Source: Octopus vulgaris (Eukaryota). Taken from it: a stretch of 64,000 bases of DNA. The DNA lies in NCBI GenBank assembly GCA_951406725.2, contig OX597830.1:57784001-57848000 (forward strand), in the 5' to 3' direction. Shown here one piece after another: positions 38,560 through 51,780 of this stretch (its first letter is position 1; every line of letters starts with the position of its first letter). The translations under genes were made by a program, and so were the position numbers. The notes under the pieces were generated by a model, which saw nothing but the letters and a program-made list of their open reading frames with translations, had not been told where the DNA came from and searched no databases.

Positions 38560-38930
38560 GCATAACCAGCCCATTTAAAAGTACCTTTCGATCATTGGCA
38601 ATAAACTGTGCTTGCAAAGACCTGTTGAGTCAAGTGAAGTCGTTGTTGTGGCCAGTGACAGGACGGCCTGATTGGCATCTGTCTTGGTGGCATGTAAAAA
38701 GCACCATTCCAACGTGATCATTGCCAGTTTTGCCTGGCTGGCTCCCTTGCTGGTGGCATGTAAAAAACACCCACTACACTCTCGGAATGGTTGGTGTTAG
38801 GAAGGGCATCCATCTGTAGAAACCTTGCCAGATCAGAATGGAGCCTGGTGCAGCCTTCTGGCTTGCCAGACCTCAGTCAAACTGTCCAACCCATGTCAGC
38901 ATGGAAAGCGGACGTTAAGCGGTGCTGATG

Positions 38931-38932
<2 letters not shown>
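38560..38932 (+). mobile_element. Family C retroposon
   Basis: GGCATGTAAAAAGCACC units; AACCCATGTCAGCATGGAAAGCGGACGTTAA end. Confidence 0.8.
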
Positions 38933-38965
<33 letters not shown>

Positions 38966-39861
38966 TGTATAATATGTCTGTGTGCCTTTGTATCTGTGTT
39001 TGTCCTCCATCCCTGCTTGACAACTGTTTTGCTTATGCCCCTGTAACTTAGTGGTTCAGCAAAAGAGAATGAAAGAATAAATACCAGGTTTTGTAAAAAA
39101 ATAAGCACTGGGGCTGATTCATTTGACTAAAATTTCTTCAAGATGGTGCTCCAGTGTGGTCACAGTCTAATGACTGAGACAAAAGTCGTTTTGATAGGAT
39201 ATAGTGTGACAGACTAGTTGAACAAGAATACAAAATAACGAGTCTTCTTAATGAAAAATAGAAATATGAATCACTGCTCTGAAAGCCATGAACAGACCAG
39301 AATTTGTCTTTTTCTTGAGATTCTGATTGTCAAAGTCTGGATGTTGAAGCTAGTTTTTGGCCGTGTGTTCTGGCCGAGGTCAACTGCCCCAAAACTGGTT
39401 GTCAATTCAGTCTTTTGTGTTTTCTTTTCCAGTTCTCGTTGTTTGAAAAGTGACGTGAGTTTGGTTGATGGTGTTAAATGTGAAAATTATTGAAGTAAGG
39501 TAAAGAATAGGAGCAGGCAGTGAGAAATTAAGAACTGTTTGTGGTATTTTCTGTGAAGTTTAGAGAGAGAAAATCAAGATTCTGGTTGGTGAAAGAATGA
39601 AATGGTTGCAAATAATGGGTTGCATAGGAATATAGCCAACAGGTTCTGAGCAACTGAGTATATTGTGATAACAGATACACAGGGTGCTGTGGAATTGGAT
39701 ACAGATTGGTGATATTCAGTGTCTTCTGAAAACGGATCTCATCATTTAATGTCCACTTCGTATCCTTGTATGGCTCAAGCGGAGTTTATTGAGGCTGATT
39801 TTTCTTTGGCTGTCATCACCTTTTACCTGCTTCCAAGTAAGGTAATATTTTTCTGTAGCAA

Positions 39862-40077
39862 GGCAGCGAGCTGGCAGAATTGGTAACTCACTGGGTAAAA
39901 TACTTGGCACCATTTTGTCCCTCTTTCCATTCTGAGTTCAAATTCTATTGAGGTTGACTTTGCCTGTCATTCATTCAGGGTAGATAAAATAAATACCAGC
40001 TGGTTATTGGGGTTGATGTAATTGACTTAACCCCCACCCCCTGAAATTGCTGGCTGTGTCCCAAAATTTGAAACCAA
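39862..40077 (+). mobile_element. Family A SINE
   Basis: GGCAGCGAGCTGGCAGAATTG..GAGTTCAAATTC..GACTTTGCC. Confidence 0.8.
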
Positions 40078-41734
40078 TATTTTTCCATAGCTAGACCAGT
40101 TTTTTTTTCTTTTTCTTATACAGAAGACTGGAAATCAACCACCTCACTTGTATAACAGTGACACTCATTTACAACTGTCATGTGATGTCTGGACAAAAGT
40201 ACATACCAGTACATATATGACAGGCTTTTTTCTGTTTCTGTCTACCAAATCCATTCACAAGGTGCTGTGCAGGTGGAACTGAATCCAAGACTTCCTGGTT
40301 GAGAAACAAGATTTTTAACCACACAGCCATACCTCCACCTATACAGTATTGCAAATAATTGAAGGCAGGTGAGACAGTCTACCATTTTGGATATGACAAC
40401 AGCACTTGGCAACGTATTAGATTGTCTAGAGTTAGCTGTTGCTCAGAGCTGAAGTGTTTTTAGCTTTGGTGAAAGCCAAGTTTTATTGTTGTGAATATTG
40501 GATTTCAGGAGATATTATTGGAGACTAGCAGAGAATGACAGTTGTCAAACTCTATAAAGATAAGATATGAGCTAAAAACAAAAATAACAAGATCTCGTGT
40601 TAATAAATCAAGTTAAAAAATAATTAAGTTCATGAGAGTTTAGTTGAATAGGAAGGATGTCTGCATTTGGCTCAAAATGTGTAACCAGAGGTACCATATC
40701 TCTTAAGAGACAGTTACAAAAGTACATTTAGACATATATTTTTGTTGATCTTGAGACAGTCTTCAGCAACATCTTGTTTTATTAAGTGCAAAGCCTAAAC
40801 AGAATTATTTAGTTCTTGTGAAGAGGTTGTTGAAAGTGAGGTTCCAGTTAGAAGTGAAATCAGTAGTTATTGTTTAACCCAAAATCTTTCTTGATTGAGA
40901 AGTCCAGCATAACCACACCTTTTTTTCTGTCTAGGACAACATTATCTAATATTTATTACCTTTTTAAGATTGTAAAATTGTAGTTTGAGGAAGAATTAAT
41001 GCTATTTCTGACAGGTTAAACAACCATGCAGAGTTGGAGGTAGGGAACCTTTTTAGTAACAGGGGCATCATCAATAGGGTTTATAGAGGTTCTGCCCATG
41101 ACAATCTTTTATTTATTATAGTGAAACATGGGGCATGAACCAATATCAGAGGTTTTTAGGCAGCCATAGTGGCAGGGTAAGAAAGATATTTGCAGAAGTG
41201 ATTAACTTTGAGACTATTGAGTTTCTCAATGAAAATAATACCTCGGTGGAATACACAGAAATGTTTTCTAAATCCACAGTATCTCTGTACATGTATGAGT
41301 TAGGGGATTTTTATTATGGGCCAGTTTATTATGTCCTTCCTATTGTGAACTACTTTCAAGTAAAAATGGAACATCTTGTCAGCTTAAAAGGTACAAGCAG
41401 CTGTATTCTTGGTTTAGGTGCACATTACAACCTTGTGATAACTAATCTAGAACCCTCTAAAACAACCTTGCCTGGACTTGTGCCTGGGAGGGTAACTTTC
41501 TAGGTGCAATCCCATGGTCAGTCATGACCAACGGGAGTCTCAGCAATTGTTCTTAAACCACTTTCTAAATGGCATACTTGAATTGAAACCAGCATATATA
41601 GCCTTCTCCAACTTATGGACCCAGGAAGAAGCTTCTATGAGGTCACTCAACCTGCATCTGAGTCAGTGCTATGGGACACATATTCTAGAATGCATCCAGA
41701 AAAGGGCCACATAACTGATTAGCTTAAAGGTACT

Positions 41735-42075
41735 ATAGCGCAGTGGTTAGTGTTGGATTCACAATCATGAGATAGTGAGTTCAATTCCCAGACCTAGCTG
41801 TGTGTTGGGTTCTTGAGCAAGACACTTTTTCATGTTGCTCCAGTTCACTCAGCTGTAGAAATGAGTCTTGATGTCACTGGTGCCAAACTGTATCGGGGCC
41901 CCTTTGCCTTTCCTTTGGATAACATCAGTGGCATGGGAAAGGGGAGGTTGGTATGCATGGGTGACTGTTAGTCTTCTATAAACAACCTTGCCCAGATTTG
42001 TGCCTCAGACGGGAACTTACTTGGTGCAATCCCATGGTCATTCATGCCCGAAGGGGGTCTTTGCCCTTTACCCTT
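41735..42075 (+). mobile_element. Family D2 SINE
   Basis: TAGCGCAGTGG A box, GAGTTCAATTCC B box; paralog of 15953-16295. Confidence 0.8.
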
Positions 42076-42787
42076 TTACTCACAGGCACAATTCAGTCTG
42101 GCCTTCAGACGCACTATCTCTCCCTCTCTGTCTGCCTTTTCATCATCTTAGAAACTAAAATCCAACAACAAACTCCACCTTGTTATTCCCTCATCTAGAT
42201 TTCCTTTCCAACAAATTCTCTGTAATTTCAATTTTCTGTTCGGTCAAAGAGACTGCTCGCTTTCCAAACCTTGTCTATTCTTTAAAAGGAGCAAGAACTT
42301 GCCTGGCTTCTCTTCTCTTTAACTTTTCCGTTCCATTCAGAACTCGAGGCTGTTCTTGTATTAGATGCTGTACCTGTTCTTCTATCATAACCAGTCCTAA
42401 TATTCACTTCTAGGTCATCAGAAACATAATTGCATCTCTTCTCACCTCCCTCCTATCTTACAAAAACTTTGCCATGTATTAGATATCAGTTAACTAGCAA
42501 GATTTTTAGGTGACAATTTTCGCTGACACCTTAATGTTCAGAATAATAAGCAAGAGCCCTCTCAGCCGGTAAACCTGACGCTTCCTTATTTGATTGTATT
42601 TCAGTCTTTAGTGTCGTTTTACCCGATGAATCTTGCAATACTCAGACAAGGAATGAAGTTTGTTTTTCACCAAGAAATTTACATCCAGGTTTGATTGGAT
42701 GGATGTCAAGTAGAGATTCTTTTTCAAAGTTTTTCAATCCTTGACATATTAAAAAAAAGTGCTAAGTTTTTTGGTCCACCATTGGTA

Positions 42788-43049
42788 TTTGGTTGGTGCA
42801 TAATTATTGCGGCTTTTTGTTTTTTTTCAACAAATTTTATTCAACAAAAACAATAACAATATTTAACAAAAACATCTTTAAATGATGGTCTGACTGTCTG
42901 CCAAACAAATGGGAAGCAGTAATTGAAGTAGATGGTGAATATGCTCCGGAATAATCATTTAAAGATGTTTTTGTTACATGTTGTTATTGTTTTTGTTGAA
43001 TAAAATTTGTTGTAAAAAAATTTGCAATAATTATGCCCCACCAACCCAA
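42788..43049. mobile_element. Mariner-derived MITE with ~105-bp TIRs
   Basis: TA|TTTGGTTGGTGCATAATTATTGC ... GCAATAATTATGCCCCACCAACCCAA|TA; core encodes LPNKWEAVIEVDGEYAPE* (mariner transposase C-terminus). Confidence 0.88.
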
Positions 43050-43119
43050 TAGTTCCATGTCAGAGAACCACTGATACTCCTTATAGTGTGGCAACTGCAA
43101 GACTAGTTCCTAGTCAAGA

Positions 43120-44190
43120 TTAAGATTCTCTACCCAACATTTACAGAGTACCACATTCTATGATCTAATGGTCATTGAGAAACAAGAGAAAGAGTGGATG
43201 GTCAGAGAAGTGCAATCCTTGTACAGAAATGCAGTCAGCAAAGTGAGATTTGGCAATGAGTTTAGTGAGGAATTTGGAGTGCTAGTTAATGTTCACCAAA
43301 GCTTGGTTCTTAGCCATCCCCTCATCCTCTTATGCCATAACAATGATATTTAAAACTTGATCTCTATATGCTGAAGACCAAGTTTTTAAAGCAGGATCAG
43401 TGGAAGATTTACAGGAAAGATACGGGATATGGAAACAAGAGTTGGAATAAACTTAGTGAAAATTAATGTTTTAGTGAATAGAAAAGAAGGCTTCTGATAG
43501 CATCAAAGAAATGACTGTCAATATACAGGTGAGTAGATAGAAATTCCATTCAGTGTACCCTAGGTGATTTAAGTGGAATGGAATCAAAGGTAGGATGATT
43601 GTGAATAAAAAAAGTTGTGAGGGAGGGTACACTGAAAGCATAGTGACTGGAATTAGAATAGGGTGGAAAAAGTTCAGAGAAAGTAATACCACAGCTGACA
43701 ACAAAGAATCCTCTGTCTCCTTCCCTCTCTCTCTCTGAGAAAGGTAGATTGTAGGATGATTGGGTGTGAACTACAATGCTGCATGCTAGTGACATGTGGG
43801 GATTGAATGTAGATGTGTGAAAGTTGGAAAGAAATGGGGCATGCAGGATTTGCTGCACATGTAATGTTATCATGCATAAATGATGAGAGATAGAAGAATT
43901 GAGAGAATAATGGGGTATAAAACGAATTAAATGCAGTGTACAAGAGTACTGGCTACACTGGAATGGAGATGTAATGTATATGGGTGGCGAAATGCCAAGA
44001 GAATCGGGTATGAGGATTCAAGACAGGAAAAAAACAAACTGCGAAACACTTGGGTAGCTGTGGTTAAGGTTGATCTCGGGAAGCTAAACCACACAAAGTA
44101 AATGGCAAGAGGAAGCAACAATGGGATGAGATGTGTTGGCGAGGACTCCTCCAACCCATCCAAACATGGAGAAACAGATGTGAAAGTGAG
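43120..44190 (+). mobile_element. Decayed RTE LINE (RT domain to 3' end)
   Basis: EWMVREVQSLYRNAVSKVRFGNEFSEEFGVLVNVHQSLVLS, YAED, GWKKFRE; ends CCAACCCATCCAAACATGGAGAAACAGATG. Confidence 0.85.
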
Positions 44191-45124
44191 GGTGTTATGT
44201 CTAAAATAAAAGGAAACTGTTTTAAAATTGATGATGTGTGCATTACTGATTGCTGTCAATGAATCTATATTCACTAGTGGTGCATTAACAATTTTGTTTT
44301 GTTTTTTAATGTTCTGGTATTTTCTGATTTATCTCAAAACTTGTGCTGCACCCATACTGCAGCAGAGTAGTTAGAAATATCTGATCTACAGCAATAGGTT
44401 TAGTGATTTTGGTTAAGGATATAGATTGGTATTTGTAGCTAAAATTTATTTAGTTATTTATTTGGCCATTTGACCCTTATCAATTGTGTGTTACCATGCA
44501 ATACTCTATGGAATAAAACCCTTAATATCAGTGGAAGAATGGTGTAACTGAAACAGTGGCTCTAGGTTTTATTTAGTTGCATGACCACCTGCCTGTTGAT
44601 CATGGCTAACCTTGGGTTAAACAATTACTGAAAAAAAAAGCACCAAAAGGGTTCATGACCATTGTTATTTACATAACAGGATTGAATATATTTCTTGTCT
44701 GGAAGAACAGGTTGTGTGTTTATTTGACTTCGTGCCAGTCTTGGCAATGACTGCAAATGGACCAACAGTTAGTTATGGTATAATTAATTGATATCTACAA
44801 ATGGAGCATTGTAACTATATCGAAATTTATGCTGCAATGTTTGAATAAATTACTGTGTTGAGCGAATTGAACTGTGCTGTGGAATCAGTATTGACTATTT
44901 AGAGACCATTGTCAATGCTGGTGTGTGAAGTGATGCTGTGAATAGGCAAAGCTGAAAGCTTTGCAAAATCTGTTTTATTTTCATTCTAAGAAAGTATAGT
45001 TGTGTCATTTGATGGCAATTTCATGTGGGACCCTAATAATTCCATTTTGGAATTGGAAATCTTGTTATTCTCCTCTTTGCTAGAAATTCCTTATTGAACT
45101 TTTTCCAAGAATATTCCCCAATGA

Positions 45125-45401
45125 TGTCAGTGCTGCCTGACTGGCTCCTGTGACAGTGGCACATAAAAAGCACCATTCGAGCATGGTCGATGCCAGTGAA
45201 CCTAACTGGTCCCTCTGTTGGTAGCACATAAAAAGCAACCATTACATTCTCGGAGTGGTTGGCATTAGAAAGAGTATTCAGTTATAGAAACCTTGCCAGA
45301 TCAGATTGGAGCCTGGTGCAGCCTCCCAGCCTGCCAGTTCTCGGTCAAACCATCCAACCCATGCCAGCATGGAAAGTGGACATTAAATGATGATGATGAT
45401 G
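45125..45401 (+). mobile_element. Family C retroposon
   Basis: CCAACCCATGCCAGCATGGAAAGTGGACATTAAATGATGATGATG end. Confidence 0.8.
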
Positions 45402-46435
45402 CTTTCACCAGAGAACCCCAGGAACCTGCATTAAACCCTCAGTGCAGCTTCTACATAATTATTCGAGCCGTTCAGTTCACATTTAAATCTCTCGAATTCT
45501 TTGCTGTTTCCCAAATGGATATTGTGTGTCTTAAACATTAAGACAGTATGTACCACAAAGGAGGAGGATAGTCATGGCTAGAGAATATTTTGAATAATTC
45601 CTTTTAGTTATCACTGTGATATCGATTCTAGGATAATAACCCCTAAGGATAACAGATGATGATTTAAAACTTTATTGGAGAGGGCTTAATTAACCAAGAG
45701 GCATAATTGTCCTAGAGGGTAGTTGGCATTGGGCGGGGGTGGAATTGTCCTATGGGGGGTAATTGTCCTGATACGATATCACATTTACTTGAGATAACTG
45801 TTGCTATTAAACATTAATAACAACACTAACAAAAACATATTTTTTGAAGTGAATATTGAATCTAAGACTGATTTTTACACAAATTACAAACCTCAATTGA
45901 GAAAGCAGCATAAATTTTTCTTTAACAAAACTGAAGCTGATATGATTAGTGAAAGCAATGTAATGCAACACTCAAAGTCACTGATAAGAATGGATAAACA
46001 ATGTATTAGATCCTGCTTTTCTCTTGGGAGATTGGTACAACTCTCAAATATCAGATAATATTATAGACGTCTTTTAGATTAAAGAAGTCAGAGCTATCAC
46101 TGTTGTATTGGGTGTTGGTTATTAGCTTGTTATAACTGTGTCCAAAGAAATGATATCCATATAACTTACATAGAACGATTTTCTTTTGTTAGCCTATTTC
46201 ATCCTCTAAATGAATATCTTGCAGTACATAGGAACTCTGGTATTATTCATTCATTGATTTCTTCAATGACGCCTGTGGTTTCATAGAGGTGAGTTCTTGG
46301 CTAAAAATATGTGCAATATTTTCCCTCGCTAAGTCCAGTCAGCAAATAGGACATTTATCCAACACTGTCCAGTTTCTCTACGGATTCTTCCGAGTCTGCT
46401 CATTATACTGGCAATTCATTTAAGACTTAGATCTT

Positions 46436-46820
46436 TTATCTTTTACCTGTTTCATTCATTAGCCATGCTGCAGCACCATTTTTAGGTGAATGCATCCACC
46501 CCAACACCCTTTTATTTTTTTTAAAGCCTGGTATTCATTCTATCAGTCTCTTTTTCCAAACCATTAAGTTACAGGGACATAAATACACCAACACCAGTTA
46601 TCAAGCAGTAAACGACTGTTATGGGGACATAAACATACAAACACTGGTTGTCAAACTGTGATTTGTCTCACACACACATGACTGGCTTCTTTCAGTTTCC
46701 AATCACAAGGCTTTGGTCGGTCTGAAGCTAAAGTAGAAGACGCTTACTCCAGATGCCATCCAGTGAGACTGAACCTGGAACCATGTGGTTGGGAAGCAAA
46801 CTTCTTACCACACAGCCACG
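46436..46820 (-). mobile_element. Family B SINE
   Basis: Tail at 46436-46660, head at 46680-46820 on the reverse strand. Confidence 0.7.
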
Positions 46821-47482
46821 TCTCTGCCTATATACTACGCCTGCACCTATATAATAGACACAGACTAAGAATCAAAATTTACATTCAAACCAAGCCTCCT
46901 GAGTGGTTATGTGCTTTTATAGAAGTTAGAGCCAGAAATTTTCAAAGAAATGAAATGAGATTCTGAGTTTGTTTTCAAAATGAGTTTGGAAAATCAGATG
47001 ATGATGATGATGATGATGGTTCCTTATTGTTGCAAGATTTTCTATCAAATTTTAAGATTTTTTTCTTTCGAGTTCAATATGCTATTTTGGGGCTCTATGA
47101 CATCTCTTCCATTTCTGTGCAAAGCGTCATTTCCTTTCTATTATTGTTCTGCTTTGCTTTTGCCAAAGTATTTATCACTAATCAAAAGTTAAAAATTTTC
47201 TAATGTTCCTCTGGAAATGGAGTTTAAGATTTTTTATTGTATGACAGTTAATTTCTGCAATGGTCAGGACAGTAATGTCTTCTGAGCTGCTTGTTAGATA
47301 AAGAAATTGTGTGTATTGTCTTATTTGTTTCAGTCATTTGACTGCAGTTATGCTGGAGCACTGCCTTTAGTTGAGCAAATCGACACCAGGACTTATAGTC
47401 TGTCCATAGCACTTACTCAGCATTACCTGACACCTTTGGGTCTTCTTGACACCATTACCTCTCATAACATATATTATATATA

Positions 47483-47868
47483 TCTCTCTCTATATAAACG
47501 GCAGTTTGTCTGTGTGTGTTTCTGTGTGTCTGTTTGCTTGTACCCTCACCCTGACCACAGCTTTCAACCGATTCTGATGAAACTTGACACACACATAGCC
47601 CAATGTCATAATTCAAAACTAACGCAGCGAAAATTTTGAAAAGTTCCCCCAGTTCTGAAAAAGATCGATAAATTCGACATGGGGTCGACAATCAGAAACA
47701 CAAACCACAGATGGTCTAGGAGACGCAACTCGACCTTTTTAACTATCAAAAAAAAATTTACCATCATTTTTCCCCCCATTTTTTTGCTATTTTTTTGGCT
47801 ATAACTCTCTAAAAATGCTTTATAGTTATTTCCCTTACAAACCCGAGCAACGCCGGGCGATACTGCTA

Positions 47869-47869
<1 letters not shown>
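47483..47869 (+). mobile_element. Non-autonomous Helitron
   Basis: A|TCTCTCTCTATATAAACGGCAG start; CCCGAGCAACGCCGGG hairpin, CTAG|T end. Confidence 0.9.
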
Positions 47870-47919
<50 letters not shown>

Positions 47920-47924
47920 CACAT

Positions 47925-48080
47925 ACAGCAGGCTTTTTAAAGTTTCTGCCTACCAGATCCACTCACAAGGCTTTGGTCAGCCTGAGGCTATAGTAGAAGA
48001 CACTTGCCCAATGTGCCATGCAGTGGGACTGATCCTGGAACCATGTGGTTGGTACGCAAGCTACTTACCACACACCCACT
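47925..48080 (-). mobile_element. Family B SINE head
   Basis: CACTTGCCCAATGTGCCATGCAGTGGGACTGA..GCTACTTACCACACA. Confidence 0.8.
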
Positions 48081-48202
48081 ATATATATATATGTCTCATT
48101 TATAACTACATATTAACCTATCACACATGGCTAATATGAGCATAATGAGACACCCATATCTGCATGGCTGAAACAGCTGTAAGATGTAGTTTATATTTGT
48201 AA

Positions 48203-48585
48203 TCTCTCTCTATATAAACGGCAGTTTGTCTGTGCGTGTTTCTGTGTGTCTGTTTGCTTGTACCCTCACCCTGACCACGGCTTTCAACCGATTCTGATGA
48301 AACTTGACACACACATAGCCCAATGTCATAATTCAAAACTAACGCAGCGAAAATTTTGAAAAGTTCCCCCAGTTCTGAAAAATATCGATATATTCGACAT
48401 GGGGTCGAGAATCAGAAACACAAACCGCAAACTGTCTAGGGGACACAGCTCCACCTTTTTTAACTAAAAAAAAAATTTACCATCATTTTTTTCCATTTTT
48501 TTGCTATTTTTTGGCTATAACTCTCTAAAAATGCTTTATAGTTATTTCCCTTACAAACCTGAGCAACGCCGGGCGATACTGCTAG
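48203..48585 (+). mobile_element. Non-autonomous Helitron, close paralog of 47483-47869
   Basis: Same 5' TC start, internal sequence, and 3' hairpin + CTAG|T. Confidence 0.9.
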
Positions 48586-50799
48586 TTATTTATATTCACT
48601 TATACATACTGTACTTATTGTATCATATTACTCATTGATGCACATTGTTTTTTTTCTATATTATTATGTTTGACCTTAATGTTCATATGTAGTGGTTTAA
48701 TAAATTATGTGATTGGGTATTATCTGGTAGTTGATTATTGATTAAGATGTATTTCTCCATTTTCTTATTCTGTATATATATATATATATGTATATATATA
48801 ATGCACACTTCTCTCTCACACACAAATTTCAATAGATTAATATTAAAAAAATTCTGTATGAAGTATTAATTTTTCAAGCTGTAAAGACATTCAATTACAG
48901 AATTAGCTTTCTCAGATTCATTAAAGATATTTATATACTTGGATTATTTAGAAAAATATTGGCCTTATTCTGGGTTTATTTTAAATAACAAGCTATTGTT
49001 TTAAATAGCTATGGCTGATACAGCTTTTAAAACTTCCTGGTTTGTGATTATTATAAATGCTTTGTAGATTTTGCTATAACTCAACCAATACCTGTTACTG
49101 GAATGTCAGTAACTAAGTACATGTAAGCTTTCTTTACCCTTTCTTGTAACCCGACTCTTCTGAAGTGTTGGGGTCAGGGATCCTGTTTAGTTATTTATCT
49201 TATCAGTGGTATGACATAGGCATCACACAAAAATGCTGCACTAAGCTTTTGTCAATATATTCAATCTATGAGTGAGTTAACTCTTTCTAGTTGAAACCTG
49301 TACACACACACTCGTATTAACAAATTCCTGTTATGTAGCTACTTATAAATTACAAGTTCCACTTTGTATGGGATTTAGGCCAACTTGTTCCTGAATTTTC
49401 TTTAGATATAGTCCATGTCTTTTCATCGAATTGCTTTTTTTCTTTTCTATTTTGCTCTGTGTTTCTAAAGAAAAATCGTATGGGATCAGATTTTCCAAGC
49501 TAAACTTTAAAGAGGTGTCATTCTGAATGAGACAGTTCATATATTAAAGTATTAAATCAGCTGCTGGCATTAGGCAAAACTCCTCATCAAGCATAAAATG
49601 AATGTTGTTAATGAACACTTAGCTGTGTATCTCTTTAGCTTTGTTGGACTTTCAGATATATATTTTGGTAACATATTTCAACTTGTATTGCCAGTCCATA
49701 TAGTATACAACACATTCCGGTGTCTTCATTTTGTACATCTCTTCAATTCCTGATGATTTTGATAGCCTTCTTCTCATTGTTCTCCTCCTCCTCCTACTAC
49801 TACTGGGCAGTTCAGAGATACAGGAAAAGCACCAATGCCAAATTTAATGATTTGAAGTATTTAGTTGTCCCTTCTTTTCCAGTTCATATCTCACTAAGGT
49901 TCACTTGCACTTCTATCTCTTTGGGGTCAGTAAGTACTAGAAGTGTACCAGTGTTGACCTCAATCAATAACTCTGTGCATCATCCTTTAATCTGTTCTCA
50001 ACCAAAGGAATCCTAAGTGCTGTCATATTACCACATTGTCTATTGATTACTATTTGCTTTCACATCAATGAGGGTGCCTCTACTTAGTTTGACATACTAA
50101 AAATAACAGCTAAATCTCACAAAACAATGCATTGGGTAATGTAGTTTAGAGAAAAACTGGAGCACTTTTAGATCCTCGATGTTTGTTTAGACTTAACCCA
50201 GGATTCATCTTTCGACCCATCGACTGCTTCTTCACCGATTTGTTTTTGCTTGTTTGTTCTACTGGGTGAAAATGTCTTGATTAACTCTTAAAATCCTATT
50301 CCACAAACATCTGCAATTGTTGCCAAATTTTTAACCATATAGCGCTGTAGTAAAGATTGTTTGCCAACATAACATGGCAGTCCTAGTTTAGGATGAATGT
50401 TGCTGAATATCTCACATTGTGAGATTTAAAAATAGTACTTTTCTATGTCATAGATCAGTGACTAGTTGTCACTTTGAAAACTATATATTTCGAATGGGAA
50501 TTTGGCAGTGCCACCACCTCCAGCTGAACAATCTTTTTTCTTCTGTGACATGTCGTTTTTTTTCATTTTTCTACCCAATGTTATGTGAGTTCGTTTCTGT
50601 CTGTTTCTTGTATATTTGTGTTATCTGTTTTATACCATACCTGGATTTGAACTGTTGTCTTTTGGCAAACAGTAATTTTCGCCCTACGGGGCAGAAAATT
50701 TCTGATAATTTTTATATTTTTGTGAACTGTTTATTGTTTGTTAACCTTTACTGGTTATTTTTCTGAAAATTTTTCTTGTCATTTGTGACAAGTTTCAAT

Positions 50800-51780
50800 A
50801 TGGAATTTGACCTTGCATCCAAAAAGAATTTTGCCGAGATGGGAGAAGGAAATTCAAGTATAAATCAACAAGATACCAGGGAAAAACAGATTTTCAGCCG
50901 CCATCTTCGGAAACGTTACTGAACTTGAAGTAGCAATGGACCAGTTATTCAAGTTTAGAAATTTAATTTAAAAAAGTGGAGAGGAGACCAAGTTGGTGCC
51001 GCCCCTTGAGACAGTACAAGCCATAAAGGAAAAAACAGTTGTGTACAAGGTCTAAAACATCAAAGAAAAGAGGATAACGGAGATAAAAAAATGAAGCAGT
51101 GGAAAAGTGCATGGCGCCTATATGGAACAAGGTACGCTATGTTAGCCGAGGAGTAAGAAGTGCCACAATTGAGGCACATTTCAAGTTGGCTAGCATAGCA
51201 AAGGAGGTGTCTATGCAAACATTGAAGAACGAGGAGATAATGCTGCTGCCTACTTACTTAGGTTGCAGGACTGCAAAGGTGATAGTATAGGAGATCTCTG
51301 TAGGGTATGAGGTAGCGGCTGCAGTAGTGTACGATGTGGAGGAGAAAATTACAATCCTGCAAATGAGGAAAAAGGAACCGGTTAAGTGGAGAGGAGAATC
51401 TTTAGAGATGGTCATTCAAGTGGACAATGCAGCCCCTGAAAATTTGTGTTTGTAGGGGAGGGAAAATTTGTGTGTGTTGGTAGAGGGACGTAGGCCCAGA
51501 TGCTTTAAGTGTGGATAGAAGGGCCATGTTCACTCTATGTGTACTAAGAAAAAAGGAAATAAAACCCCTTCTCAAAACACAGAAAGAAGGACATGCTGGA
51601 ATAATACCAACGAAAGGAAGAAAATGAGAAAAACCAAACGAAAGAAAATACACAAGAGGCAACAGAAGAGATGGAGTTTACCCAGATAACTCACAAGAGG
51701 AAGAAAATAAACACCCTGGACTCCCCACCCCTCCAAAAAATAACTACAGATGAACAACACAAAAAAATTCTGCAGTCCCA
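50800..51780 (+). mobile_element. Decayed LINE ORF1 (gag-like) remnant
   Basis: Purine-rich stop-interrupted frame ..LLPTYLGCRTAKVIV..VLVEGRRPR-CFKCG*KGHVHSMC (CX2CX4HX4C knuckle at 51501-51542). Confidence 0.7.

Noticed and set aside
47574-47600. CTGATGAAAC in the Helitrons as a hammerhead
   Set aside because: No stem II between CTGATGA and GAAA; part of a common CCGATT..GAAA Helitron internal motif
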